Source of the DNA: Tubulanus polymorphus
Taxonomy: Eukaryota; Animalia; Nemertea
Direction of reading: 5' to 3'
Assembly (NCBI RefSeq): GCF_964204645.1
Contig: NC_134025.1
Location: forward strand, 6,758,001-6,822,000
DNA: 64,000 nucleotides
Made by a program: the position numbers and the translations under genes. The notes under the pieces were generated by a model. That model had not been told where the DNA came from and searched no databases. It saw nothing but the letters and a program-made list of their open reading frames with translations. Below are positions 1 to 20,320 of this stretch, piece after piece; the first letter of the stretch is position 1, and each line of letters starts with the position of its first letter.

Positions 1-6
1 ATTCAG

Positions 7-6929
<6,923 letters not shown>

Positions 6930-7617
6930 ATGCCTGCCATTTGAAAACACTGCCAATAATAACACGCTCAAAGGCAGCGAAGATCATATTTTACTAAAAG
7001 AGTATTGAAGCATAGAAACATCGGCTACTCCTGACGAAGATAACAATCATAGAAAATATTCATCGAAACTAGCTGTAGTTTGAATTACGATATATAAGCC
7101 TGCACATCGAAGATAGCTTGTAGTCTTTAGAGTAGAGCACATTGAATTATCTATTAAAGAAGTTGAGAGGTCTACATTATATGATGTAGTAGATAGCAAA
7201 TCCTTATCTACGTATAACAGTATGCGAGATTCAGAAATCCTGCGAAGTATTGAATATAAGTGTACTTAAAATCAATCTGTGGGTGCTGGACACTCATACA
7301 TTTGTGGTATATAGGCCTCAATATTGTCTAAATGTTGTTGAATAGATGCTTTGTTATTATTTATTTATTCTCTATTAACATATCATGTTTAATACTATTA
7401 AATTCGGATTATGGATATGAAATTGTTATATCCCGTGGTTCTAGATTTCCATCCATTTATCTTGAAAGAACATTCCATGTTGTATGAAAATAGCCGTCCC
7501 TTACATGTGTTCGTTTAGTAACAGCTCTTCATTTTGAACATCCTCCCTAGCGCATGTGGATTATAATGATTTATAGGACTATATATTTTGTACGGTTTTT
7601 ATCGGTATATATCAGCG

Positions 7618-7623
7618 AATAAA
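7618..7623 (+). terminator. Polyadenylation signal of EML gene
   Basis: AATAAA ~690 nt after the stop codon, followed by T-rich sequence. Confidence 0.6.
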
Positions 7624-7789
7624 GATTTATTACGTAATAATTTCACCTGTAATCATTCTTCTTACTTTATTGACTTTGATGGAAAAATTGTTCGCCGAGT
7701 AATGTCACAAATGTGGTAGAAATCTGGGGTGGGTTCTTCCAACTTTACCCCAGGGGCTAAACCGCATCAGCAATTTTGTTATTAGTCAT

Positions 7790-7952
7790 CCCCCAGATAT
7801 ACCGCCCACATCGGTGCAGAACAACTTTGGCGGTATAGAGAGTATTGCAATACATAGGTGTTTTACTATGTATTTGAATAGAGATGTACATTGAGAAAAC
7901 CTGGCGGGGTGGCGGTAAATGGGAGGGCGGTATATCGGGGGGGTTCACTGTA
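7790..7952. mobile_element. Tc1/mariner-type MITE remnant
   Basis: Inverted repeat CCCCC-A-GATATACCGCCC (7790-7807) vs GGGCGGTATATC-GGGGGGG (7925-7943). The right end reads GGTTCACTG|TA, a TA-CAGTGAACC terminus. GC-rich relative to its flanks. Confidence 0.55.
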
Positions 7953-8399
7953 TACCTGTGGCATGATGAAAGCGTAGGTGCATGGGAATTTATAGGAAGT
8001 CTTAATTGTTAAAACTAACAGATTTATTTTCTATGATAAAAATTATATATACATGTAATCGAAATTTAGAATAAATATATTGTTTATTAAATACTAGTAT
8101 ATCAACAAAAAATACTATTTTATATTACTATTAAACTTACAAATTTAGATGAGAATCTTTGGTCTCATGGAGAATAACATTCTTAATTCATTACAAGTTC
8201 GATGAAAAATAATCACACGTTGTTCGAGAGCATTAACATAATACATTTATAGATTGTCAGAAAATTGTTTTTCCGTGCAAACACGTAGTATCGGAATTAC
8301 ACAATGCCTAGATTGACCTGTTCTGACTGTATTTTAACGCTGAACACCCCTTGGTATTCAGGATAAGGCACATTTTAAATGTTTTTACAAAGGTCTCTC

Positions 8400-8951
8400 T
8401 CATTTCGTTTCCCCGGCACTCTCGACGACAGCTTCGAATTGTTTTTCGGTTTTTAATCGGTCGACTTCGTCAATCATGAACTGTATTGGATCTTGCGGTC
8501 TTTGGCTGACGAGGCTCGCTGTCATAACCTACAAAACCCAAGAAGAAATAGACTTCTTTTTTAGTCTACTTAACTTACAACAAAGCAAATTTCTGGATAA
8601 ACGTTGCTAAGGAAAGGCTTCCCTAGCAACAAAGCTGCTGCCCACCTGAAATAGCTGTAAAATATTATGCGCTTCCAGATATGTGATGGCTTTTTTATAT
8701 GGATCTTCGACTGGGTCAACGTAATAATTTTCTTCGACAGGTTCTTCAACTTTTTCCTTCATCGCATCTGGTGTAACAGGCGTTATTGGTGGTTTTTGAT
8801 CGTCTTCTTCCGGCACCTGCTGCTGTTCAACTTCATCATCGTCATGTTTTTGATGCGATCTACCTTCAGGTTCTGTTTCATCATCTTCTTTAAGATTGGC
8901 TAATTCTGGTTCTACTTGCTGATCGTTTTGCATTTGGATTTCGCTTTCCAT
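8400..8951 (-). CDS. TEX55: TEX55/C3orf30-like protein, 144 aa: acidic disordered N-terminus plus C-terminal RIIa/Dpy-30-like dimerisation-docking domain
   Basis: Exons 8951-8646 and 8528-8400 joined by a phase-0 GT-AG intron. C-terminus DPYKKAITYLEAHNILQLFQ|VMTASLVSQRPQDPIQFMIDEV matches the YLxxHxIxxLFxxxTxxLVxxRPxDPxxFM docking-domain pattern as I recall it for TEX55. Confidence 0.7.
8603..8630. promoter_or_regulatory. Paired RFX X-box-like motifs in the TEX55-like intron
   Basis: GTTGCTAAGGAAAG followed by GCTTCCCTAGCAAC. The 28-mer is near-palindromic and the second half fits RYYNYY-N2-RRNRAC. Confidence 0.45.
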
Positions 8952-9199
8952 ATTAGATTTTTTTGGCTTTATTGGTTAGTAAAAAACTTTTGTTTACATT
9001 CATTCATACGTAGCTGCCACAGCAGGAATGACAAATACTCAATGTTTGGTGGTGGGCCAGCGTTGGAGATCCGGAGTAGAACAAACATAACAACCATCAT
9101 TCAAATATTTCTATTATTGCTCAAGGAGAAGACGTGTCCATGCCGGACTACTTTGATTAAGAAAGGACCGGCTAGTCTTTGCCTTTTTGCATGGTCAGC

Positions 9200-9388
9200 T
9201 GACGTCCCAAAACAAGCAACGCGTATCTCCAAACTATGTGTACCGCCATAGCCCGATGAGTCACGCCAGTGCGCGCTTCCTAGTTGGGAAAACCCATAGT
9301 TATTTTAGGAATCGCAGCTCCTCTCGACTCGATTAGTGGGAAAACCACAATCCGTTTTGGCACCGACAACATCGAACATAATTCATAT
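9200..9388. promoter_or_regulatory. Bidirectional promoter (TEX55-like / Rel) and Rel non-coding exon 1
   Basis: CpG-rich. TGACGTC 9200-9206, AP-1 TGAGTCA 9257-9263, kB sites GGGAAAACCC 9286-9295 and GGGAAAACCA 9338-9347, splice donor AT|GTGAGT at 9388/9389. Confidence 0.7.
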
Positions 9389-10692
9389 GTGAGTAACATG
9401 TTTTAAACTTGAATAGCCTGTATTTTTCTTCATCACTTGTAAGTTGTTTTAACTGGTTTTGGGGCTGGTGGGGCGGGGTTCGGTTGATCCTGATTAACCA
9501 ACTAAACTCCTAAAAAGTAAGCTAAAAGTCAAGATAGTATCATTCTTGGCTAGCCTTAAGGCGTCCCTAACTGTCATCGATAATGGAATTGACATCTGAA
9601 TATTCTAGTGTACCTCATAGTTCTAATGGATTTCGATTAGTCTGATAACTTGATCCCCTCTGAGTAAGGAGTAAAGTATCGAAGTTCCCCACGTCACAAA
9701 GAGGCGTGTAGTGCACAGTCTCCGATAATCATATGTTAGTTTTTTTGCAGTGCAGCCTGGCCACTAACCTGTAATATTCTATAAATCCTGTGGCAAGTTT
9801 AGCAGGGCCTCACATCATCCATTCACCATATTTTTTTACGCCTTATGGCCACTTAATAAAATTGACCTTATCATTGAAGGCAATGAAGCTAATCATAATT
9901 GGATGGCCTATACCAACTTATCTGAATAGACCTTTATTTTATTCTATTGATAGAATTATTTGAGCATTAAATCTCTTAGAATGCATCCGATCCTGCATCT
10001 AAATTTTACTGTGGTAATAGCTGGCTACTAGGCTGACATTGTGACGAATGTACAGTCATGTTTTTCCTTTTTTGATTCAGTAGTTTTTGAACTGTAGTAG
10101 TTTTCATGATGTTTATATAGACTGGAGTTTTGTAGTCTATTAATGTCGGGAAATTCATGACTTAATATCTTGTCGCGAATGACCCAGATTTATTAAACAC
10201 GGTAACATGAATGACTCATTTTTGTGCTGGATAGTTGAACATTTTAGAAAATGATAAGAAAAAAGTGTCTTATTTATAATAATGGATAGGCTTATCGATG
10301 ATTTGATAGGGGATTGTAGGGCCGTAGCTGAATGTAGTTGATATCATTAGAATACACCTACATTCTCAGATATGTACTAAATAATCAATACTTTGTATAT
10401 CAAAACATGTTTGCTGTGTAATTGTGCTTCCTCCTACGCTATAGGTTTATGAATGTTTGTAAGTCTGATCTGGTTTTTTGCCTCATGAAGAACTTGAATG
10501 TAATTCACAGGTCATTTTTCCTATGGTGCGGAGTGTAATTGGACTATTTGATTTTTCTGTGAGACAAAAAGTTCCCATACAAAGTGTGTATGTTTAAAAT
10601 AGTAAGTAGACGATATGTATTTTGTGAAATCACTGGTAGCCCCAGTACGTTTATAGGAGCCTCCTTTGACTTCTCTCTCATTTCTATCAGTT

Positions 10693-13240
10693 ATGGTGCA
10701 CGGTGACATCATGAATCGACATAATAAGATACGCGTTGTTGATAATGGAATGGCTAACCAAGACCCATGGGTTCAAATAATAGAGCAACCAAAAGCTCGA
10801 GGTTTACGATACAGATATGAATGTGAAGGACGCTGTGCCGGAAGTATACCCGGTGAACACAGTACAATTGATAAAAAATCTTTCCCTACTATACAGGTAA
10901 GTACTGAAGAAATGAAATAATTAAACAATCATATTCAAATCATACCCGATTCAAGTTGATTTTTAATCAATATTCTTTCGACATCTATTGCTGGAAAAGA
11001 TATTATTCAGCTAATGAGTTAAAGTACTGGTAGTCATCAAATATCTAGAATAAATTAATGTTCTCTTATTAGGTGCACAATTATTCCGGACCTGCAGTTG
11101 TTGTTGTTTCGTTGGTAACCAAAGATAACCCACCTCGGCCTCATCCGCACAGTCTGGTCGGCAAAGAGTGTAAAAAAGGTGTTTGTACAATGAAGTTTAA
11201 TAATAAAGACATGAGAATTCCGTAAGTTCAGCTGCTAGAGCAGATTTGTAGTTAAATGTAGTAAGAATATTTTTTCAGTCACTCACTGAGATCAAAATCA
11301 CTTTTCAATTTCAGGTTTCCCAATTTAGGGATTCAGTGTGCTAAAAAGAAAGATATCCCTGAGGCTCTGAAATTACGTAAACAGATTCGAGTTGATCCAT
11401 TCAATGGTAGGTCGATGCCCTATATCAGTAGACTAAACTGATTCAAGTTAATCCGAATCTTACGCTGTTTTTTTATCTATTCGTAGCTGGTTTTGATATC
11501 AAAGCCAATCAGGTTGATTTGCAGACGGTTCGTTTATGCTTTCAAGTTTTTCTGCCGAATCAAAATACTGGTCAGTTCAGTAGGATTCTGAACCCTGTCG
11601 TTTCCACAAGTATTTATGACAAAAGTATGTTCATATTTCATGAATGCTTCTTGTGTATGCTCTAAAATACAGCTGTACAGGCATACTTATATGAATTCTT
11701 ATTTTCAGGATCATGTTTTTAGTAATTGATGTTATGTTTTTATATCTTACAGAGGCTGCTGGAGATTTGACGATTTGTCGAGTTGATAAAGTAGCTGGAA
11801 GTGTTCGGGGAAATGATGAGATTTTTATCTTCTGTGAAAAGGTCGCAAAAGGTACAATATTAAAAAGAGGAACTAGCCTAACCTTTGTCCATCGGGAAAT
11901 ATTTAACAAATTCCAGCTGTCATTTTGGATGGGCAGAATGTCAAATTTCATTCTATTTTTTCCAGACGATATCAAGATTAGATTCTTTGAAGATGAATCT
12001 GATTGGGAAGCATTAGGTGTGTTTGCACAAACTGACGTTCATAAATCAGTAAGTCTATCCAGTTAAGGTGTAAACAGTGTTAACAGTCTATAACCAAACT
12101 GACATATCAACCTTGTTGAGTTTTAAGCTAATGAATATCTTTTTGATAGATTCAGCGTTCATTTGAATTTTTTTACAGTTTGCAATAGCCTTTAGAACAC
12201 CTCCATACAAAGATCCGCACATTAAATGTGGTAAGAATGTCTATTTTCAACTGCTCCGTCCCAGTGATCAAGAAACTAGCACTCCAATGAGTTTCACATA
12301 TAAACCAGATGAATGTGGTGAGTATATACATGATCCATGTCATGTGAATTGAAAATGCATTTTAAGACTACCATTTACAAGGGTCAACAAAACGCGTTGT
12401 TCGAATTGTAATACATCTACGGGTACTGGATGAATCCTATTTGTAGATCCTGAATATATATTGGAGAAAAGAAAGAGGAAAAAAGTCTCGATGGAAATGT
12501 TTGGAATGTCAGCAGGTATCATTAGATGTGCCATTTCGCTTTATCGAATTGAATTTATCTCACAGCGTGATTCTTCATATGGCATATTATTTGTTTTTGT
12601 ATAGAAAATCCACCTCCAATACCGAGCTCTAGTGCCATGACTAATTCAACACCGTGTACTGAAGATGTCAAAGAAAGGGTCAAACTTATGGCAACAAGAA
12701 GATCTCAAAATAGTAAGTAACATTTTAGAAACCCTATAATGTATTATACTGGGAAGAATCTAAGAACAGGATCTTATTGATCATGACAGATCTTATTCAA
12801 GCATTCGGTAAATTATTTCAGGATCGGCAGCTGCTGCAGCAGGTACTGCTCAGTCTCCAATTAGTGTCAACTACGATGAATCTACAAAAACCACTACTGT
12901 CGATGTCGTGCCTTCATTACAAAATGAGGATGGAAGCATTTCATTTGATTTCAATTTTGATGGTAGCTATACTGAGCTGCTACAAAGCAACAACATAGGA
13001 GTGAAAGGACCGCCGACTAGTGGAAGTGGTATTGAGTTGGGTACTGATAGTTTTCCTATTGAATCTTCAGACATTAACATTACATCCGGTGATTTGAGTC
13101 GTCTGCTCGGCATTGTAGCGGCTCAGAGCGAGGCAAATGTTCCGGCTGCGCAGGTGGCAGCACAAGAAACCGTAGAAACCACATTAATGGAAGGCGATAA
13201 TGTGATGGACTTCCTCGCATCTGAAGATAATAAAAAATAA
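10693..13240 (+). CDS. Rel: Rel/Dorsal-class NF-kappaB transcription factor, 499 aa (RHD + IPT + NLS + acidic transactivation tail, no ankyrin repeats)
   Basis: Exons 10693-10896, 11073-11221, 11315-11406, 11487-11624, 11753-11851, 11966-12048, 12179-12317, 12447-12515, 12605-12712, 12822-13240 sum to 1500 nt in frame. Motifs: [63 protein letters not shown]. Confidence 0.96.
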
Positions 13241-14135
13241 TACATGTAAAAATTGTACGACCAGATTTATTATTAAAGTGGCTCATTCCATTCTGTATGA
13301 ACTGTTTATTAGGAATTTCATTATGTAGTCAATTGTGTGAAGTATAATGGAATGAAATTGTTCAATATACATTGTAATTTCTAAAGAGTATGAAAACGTT
13401 TATTCTAATCAAGTTGTATACGTTATGTATATTTGTTTTTTAATGTAATCGAGGTCATGTCGTTACTTTTCCTACATAAATTGGTCTGTTCATGTGTCTG
13501 GTTTTATGTAAATAATAAATAGATGGCAGAGTTGTTCTCTTCACCTGATATACAGAAATTGTCATTACGAGTACCAGTACCAGCGCTATGCCACTGAATC
13601 TCTTACGCTGGTACGTTAACGTTTGTCTACTGTTTTATCTTTATTATTTGTATGCTGTCTTTTTCAAAAGATTGTGGCTTCTAAAGCATATTTTCTTTGA
13701 AACACTTTTCTAATTTTATTTGTATTTTATTCAAAGTTTAATGTAAAATTTTCATAACTTAATGAGCAATGATTACCGGTGTAATAGTTTCCTGAATATC
13801 TCCTGAAAGATCATGAAAGATATCACCTTCACCTTAACACTGAATGCAGTACCATTTGTGACTAGAACATTGTAATATCATTTCTTTAAGAATTACTACA
13901 AATGTACTTCGAATGGTCAGCAGTGAAAAAAGCTAAGTATGGCCATAAAGAGATCAATGTTTTGGTAGAATGCACTGAACAAATTTAATTGATTTGATAG
14001 ATGAATTGGTGCTTAATTTGGAAGTATTTGGATGAGTCCCAATGTAGAGATTTGTATATAGAGATTTGTATATGGGCTGTATATATTGTACATGTATGTT
14101 ACACGCTTAATAAGAATATATACTTTTAGAATAAA
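13241..14135 (+). other. Rel 3'UTR with polyA signal
   Basis: AT-rich. AATAAA at 14130-14135 with a T/GT-rich downstream element. Pumilio-type TGTAHATA at ~13507, ~14053 and ~14078. Confidence 0.55.
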
Positions 14136-16659
14136 AGAACAATGAATAATGTGTGATTAGTTCTGTTTTGTTTTATCTTTGACTTCTGTAAGTTTTTACT
14201 GGAGGAACACATTTGAATCATTCATGGAATACTTGATAGGATGAAATTACTTCTTGTAGGAATTCACAAGTTAACATTTCATCAATGGTCTACAATTTAG
14301 GAATCTGGTACTCTCAAAATATTATTCAAAAGTTCCAGGAGTGGCTTATGGTCCGCAGTTGACTGTTATCCTTTGATCCTGTTTAAAATTGCTATTTACA
14401 TCGTATGTATAGTACATACAGACCAGAATTATCTAGATAACCAGTTGCGCTTTGAAAAAGTTTGATCATACACTTTATTCTGTATCATCGTCACACGCTA
14501 GGCTGAATTCGATAGTATTCGTAAGCGTAGACATTCTGAAAGATTCTTATCATCCAGACAATAGCGACAAATCAGATGCATTCAGTTGATGAAAGATGTT
14601 TTCCCACTACCCTTTAAGAACTGAAAAACATCAATTTACTAATGGATATCTGAAGAGCGTTTTACCTTGATGGAAAATATATTGCAGATGATATTTCATT
14701 TAATAATAACGTATCTAATAATACTGATCTCATTATGTTGATTTTTGTCTAGGGCCGGAAATCAAGAAGTGTTCTTTGTCAGTACAAATAATGACGCAAG
14801 TATCCCCTAATTATAAATAATCTCAATCCACCTCCTGCCTGTGCTATCTTTCAAAATGATTTGCTGGTGACATTTTAAGTGTTTCATCATCTTTTGACAT
14901 GAGGGGAAAGTAACCGAGATGTGGAATGAACAGACTGTCTATGTAATTTTTCCTAAATCCTCGTGGTTCCAAGCTCAGCAATTGACAGAGCAGTTTTTGC
15001 AGTAATGGATAAAAAATACATTTATATTCGAATGAAACAATCAATGACAAATAGATTTTAGAATTGCATATATTTATTTCATTTATAATAATAATATATT
15101 ACATATATCTATCTTATAATACATTGTACATGTGGAAAAAATGCTAGAATTTGGTTTTTGTAACAAAATTCTGAAATCTAATAAATACTTTAATTTTCAT
15201 ATAACTTATATTTGAAATCATAAGGGATCCAATAAGACAAAATGCATGGCTTTACGGGTGTCAGTCACATTACTAACACAGACAAGGACTGTCCGTCCAA
15301 GTGACAGAAAATTCTCTGTTTTTTTACTAGCATCCAAGGAAAGTAAAATTTGTTCATTCACAAAAAATGCAGTTGAAGACAACTGGAATACAAAAGAGGA
15401 ATTTCAGTAACTTCTAAATCTTCAGTTAGTACAGTTGTTTATCACTGAAGCTTTTGAGAGTTGGGTGAATATCACAATATCTTTACAACAGAAGTCAGCA
15501 TGAACCAAACAGAAGGCTAGTAAAAGGAGAGTTTCTAGAAACAGCAAAAATGATTTGCAGCCAACATGTTTATGCTAAGAGAGTCAATTATCGTAATCCC
15601 CACGTTCATTGTTTAAAAAAATGTTTTCAAAGTATCCATTGAACATTGATGACATTTTAGTTTGTCATTCGTACTAACACTGATCACCCGGAGGCAATGG
15701 TTGCGATAATGAGTGAGGCTGTGACTCACAACTAACGAAAACCCCCTTCCTCAGCGCTACATATTTGAGCTCTCTACTGACGCTTTGTTATACAGTAGTA
15801 ACTACTAGCACATCAACAATCTTATGATAAAGCTAAGCGTAATAAATAATTATACATCAATAAATACATTTAAGATATAATATCATTAATAATCATAATA
15901 ATAGGTAATAATAATACAATAATAATAATAATTCTACAAGGTGGGATAGCATTAACATATCAACTGTTTTATCTCCCCGTACTCTTTTTGTTCATTGTAG
16001 AAAAATATACAAATTTACAAATTTTGATCATAGTTATTCAATAACAAATGTGGAATGAGAATTTGTGTCATAATCTATTTCATTTGGGTAAAAATTGTTA
16101 GTACTTGAGTAAAGTAGAAGGCATGGTTTTTTCAAGGCTGATCAGGACGATGTGCAAGGCTAAATTATCATAACTAATTAAAAACGTTAATTCATCACCA
16201 TCTACTGAATCTTACTATTATGCTCAACTTGATGAATAATTTAAAACATTTTACAAATGATTAATGATCAGGATAATTAACTAATACTTAAAGCATTTGG
16301 CTTCAACTTGGAAGACGGAATAATTGAAAACAGCAATAATCTCACAGTTTGCAGTATATCATCTCTACAAGAACTAATGAGTATTATTGTCATGATTTTC
16401 TATTTCTGGTCTGATTTTCAAAAATCGAATGCCAATATACTGAACTTAACTGAAAAATGCCAGATATTTTTCTCTCTAAAGATACGTAATAGTACGCTTT
16501 GAAAATTAGAAATGAAAATAGTTTGAATTTTTTTGTTAAAAGTTCGCCGGCGATGGGTTGCTGCGCAGACCAATGATAATGAATAGTATTTCTCATTATC
16601 AGCGTTCTCCCAGAAACCGATGGGCAAATTACCCCGTGCCATAGCGGGAGAATGGTTCG

Positions 16660-16673
16660 GTTACTATGGTAAC
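16660..16673. promoter_or_regulatory. Consensus RFX X-box within a small GC-rich island
   Basis: GTTACTATGGTAAC. CCAAT at ~16571 and a CpG cluster at 16544-16660. Confidence 0.45.
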
Positions 16674-17056
16674 TGGCATTCATCCACACAGACTCTTGCT
16701 CAGCCTGTACAAGAACAACCACATGTGTATATAATATAATTGCACTAGACTGTGCATAATATACTGGCATACAAAGGCAAGGTGTCTGCAAAAATGAGGA
16801 AAACTTTTCCATGCAAAGTCAACGAATTTCGAAAATCAAATCAAACAACAATAATAACACGTTGCATAGAGGGTAATTCACCCAATCAAACAAATTAAAA
16901 CCAAGCCAATTTCTATAATTTCTAGTACCTGCACATTTTGTTGTTGTTCGAAAACGCTCACAATAAACTTCTCAACAATATTTTGTTCCCATATTCTCTA
17001 AGAGGTTACACGTAGATAACTCAATAATGAGTTATCGTTCATTAACATAAAATCTG

Positions 17057-17219
<163 letters not shown>

Positions 17220-19576
17220 TGCAATACACTCTTACATATACTGGTGATTATCGATAAATTATATGACAATGATTGTCATAATAATAATGTAATAAATAAT
17301 TTGACAGAAATGCTATTTACAAACACGTTTTTAACTTTTTTGGTTTAAACATTTTTAAGTAAACATAATCTTTACAATTATTTATATGACGATGACCATC
17401 ATTCTATATTTCATACACATCAATTATCTTCATATTCATCTGGGTTTTAACAATGATTACTTTATTGCTGAGTTGCTACAAAACCATCAATTTTCCACAT
17501 CATCATCATCATATCTATTTCATGTTTGTTCCCAGGTTTTTTAGCCTTACAATAATAAGAGTACTCGGAGAGCTCAAAAAGACACTAATTCGTATAAAAA
17601 TATCAAAGTTCATTTCATAAATGCCGCTGCCGCAAATGCAACACATTTATACACGGCCAGAACAATACATTTATTGTACATGTATATAAAAACTATTTCA
17701 TCATATTACAACAGTGTTGATATGGATGTTATTTGTTCGTATTGATAACGTTATTTTCTCTCTCTCAAAATAAAATTCACTTCGCACATCGATTTGAACA
17801 ATGATATAGTGACGCATAATGCATACCCTAAAATGCAACCTTAAAAACATGTATCTATGGAGCAATGTTTTTCATTATTACGTATATGGATGAGCTTTCA
17901 CACACCACGGTAGGTTTCTTGCCATCCATTTGAATGAAATCTGCCGAGCATCAAAATTCATATTTTGTATTGACTCCGATATATTCTGAGAAGCTATCAA
18001 ATGTCATGGATGGTCAGTAGATCGTATTATTAACGATTTCATCTACTGCCATATTTTCAAAATCTGACTCATTTCAATATTCTTAGCTTCACCAGATATT
18101 TATAGGGATACATTTTTCCAAATGTCATAACACACCCAACTATGGTACACTAACGTAGGCCTATTGTTTGCGAAAAATTGGCACCGATCACCAGAAAAAC
18201 AGATCAGCTTCTTACAATTTTACGATATGAGATCAATAATCACACGCATTATTTATATCATGTAGTAAAGAAAATTGATATTTTGCTGAAGTGAGAGGCG
18301 GATTCACAGACAGAAAATATTGGGTTCAAAATCCTACGCGCACACAACATATTACTAATAGTGTAGTATGTAGGCCAATGTTGTCTGATAATAGCACGAA
18401 AACATGTAGGCTTTCCTCTGTGATTCACTGAGCAGCGGGCTGATATGCCGACACCGCCGCCAGTTTTCTACGTTGTGCGTTATCGCAATACAAAAAAATA
18501 TGGTATCAAAAATACAAGCGGCACACTGCCAGCTTTGTTCATAAGTTACCACAACTTAAAAAATCTCAGTCAGTTCAGTTCTGTAGTCTTTTATTCGTAA
18601 TTGGAGGTTCGTTATTTTGGAAATTTTGATTAATCGAAGTTATCTGTCCGTTTCATAGTTTTTTTGGGGTATTCTTTGAAAAAAAAGTGATTATTCAGAA
18701 TACGATAACCGTTAGTCGCTATTAATAGAACAAAGACAGTGAATCCAGGCAAAAGCGGGTTTGCTTGTACCCTGCCTCTGAACTCGAGTTCAATCGCTGT
18801 CAACACCTTAACCTTTTGTAACTAAGGTTCAAACTCAGACAATGCAAGGCAAATGCCGATATAAAGTGCAACACATCATTTCACCTGCTGAGACAATCAT
18901 TAAAAAAAAAAGAACAAACGTAAGACATGACACGAGCGGCTCAAGCTCCACTGACAAGTATCCCTGATTTCCGTGGATGTCATGGCAAAAATACATGAAC
19001 GCGAATGATAAAGATGTACATATGAGTACTAGACAAAAAACTGACTGATCAATCAGACACAATAGTGGGTGTAACCACTGTCTATGTATCCCAATGGAGT
19101 GGTCCCGCAAACTACCACCAGCAGATTTCATTCAAAATTTCTCGCTAGAAACCGGTCCAACTTTTAACCATTTAAACATTACATAATTCGTAAAAAATAT
19201 CATATCATCTCATCCGTAAAATATAATAATTATGTATAAAATGCAGTCACAATTTTATCCGCTTGCCTGTTACGTGTTTACAGTGAAAAATAGACCATTA
19301 GTTTCCATTAACTCTTCGACCACTGAAATATCAGCGATCTTATATCAAATAGTACGCTTCGGTTCCTACAATCAACATTAGTAAATAATGTGGTGGTTTT
19401 CATTAAAATTTTGCGAGTGTACTTTCAGTCAAGTTCGACACAAATTGCACGTATAGAAACGTGTAAAACTCTCCAACAATTCTCTAATAGTTTTTACATA
19501 AATCGTAATAAAATTGATAAATATGCTCGGATGTTCGCACGAACCATTTTGAATGCTCTCTTATGTGAATGCAACT

Positions 19577-19642
19577 ATCACACACACACATACATATTAT
19601 TATCATCATCATCATCATCATATACGTTTATATATATATATA
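19577..19642. repeat. Compound microsatellite (CA)n/(TTA)n/(TCA)n/(TA)n
   Basis: Directly visible. It explains the poly-His and poly-Ser runs in the spurious ORFs at 19390 and 19553. Confidence 0.85.
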
Positions 19643-20320
19643 AAATTGGTGGAAATCTTTGGTATTTTATCTGTCTCTGACCATACTGATGACCATACAT
19701 TTACGGCAAGAGAAACTGTACGAATACTATTACAACTCTTAACCCAGTTCCACGATTGTAAAATGAAACGGATGAAACTAGTTCATTTTTTAACAGGTTC
19801 CTGATACAGACATCAAGTTCCACAGTGATTTACAAACCAATGTTGTACATGTATATTGCCGTCAAAAAGGGTTTTAGAAAACGTTTTGCCCTTGCATACA
19901 TAGCATTATTGATGGATAAAACACACCCCTGGTGTCATAGGCCAGTAATAATCAAACTCTTTACGAAGCATAGATGCTCCAGAACAGCAGTTCTTCATAA
20001 ACATTTCAAACAACACAGCAGTGAAGAGCAGTTTTTATGAAATGTCGAAGACTTTTTAAAATGAAAACAATCTATGCTTTATCTCTTCTCAATATATCAA
20101 AATCATATATTTCAACAAATTCCGGCTGTTTTAAAAAAAGCGATACATTCCTTTGTTCTTGATAGTTGTCTTTTGTCTCGAAAATATGAGAACAGTTTAC
20201 GAGATATCGATTATCAGGAGTCAGTTAAGTATAGCAAATGGTGAAATAAATAAATAGTGAAAAATGTCTCGATCAGTTATTGGTATAAAACGTTAAATTT
20301 CAGCTAGAGGAAGCGTTTTG

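Noticed and set aside
8667-9251. Plus-strand hydrophobic ORFs at 8667 and 8916
   Set aside because: Antisense shadow of the acidic TEX55-like exon plus promoter sequence. No motifs.
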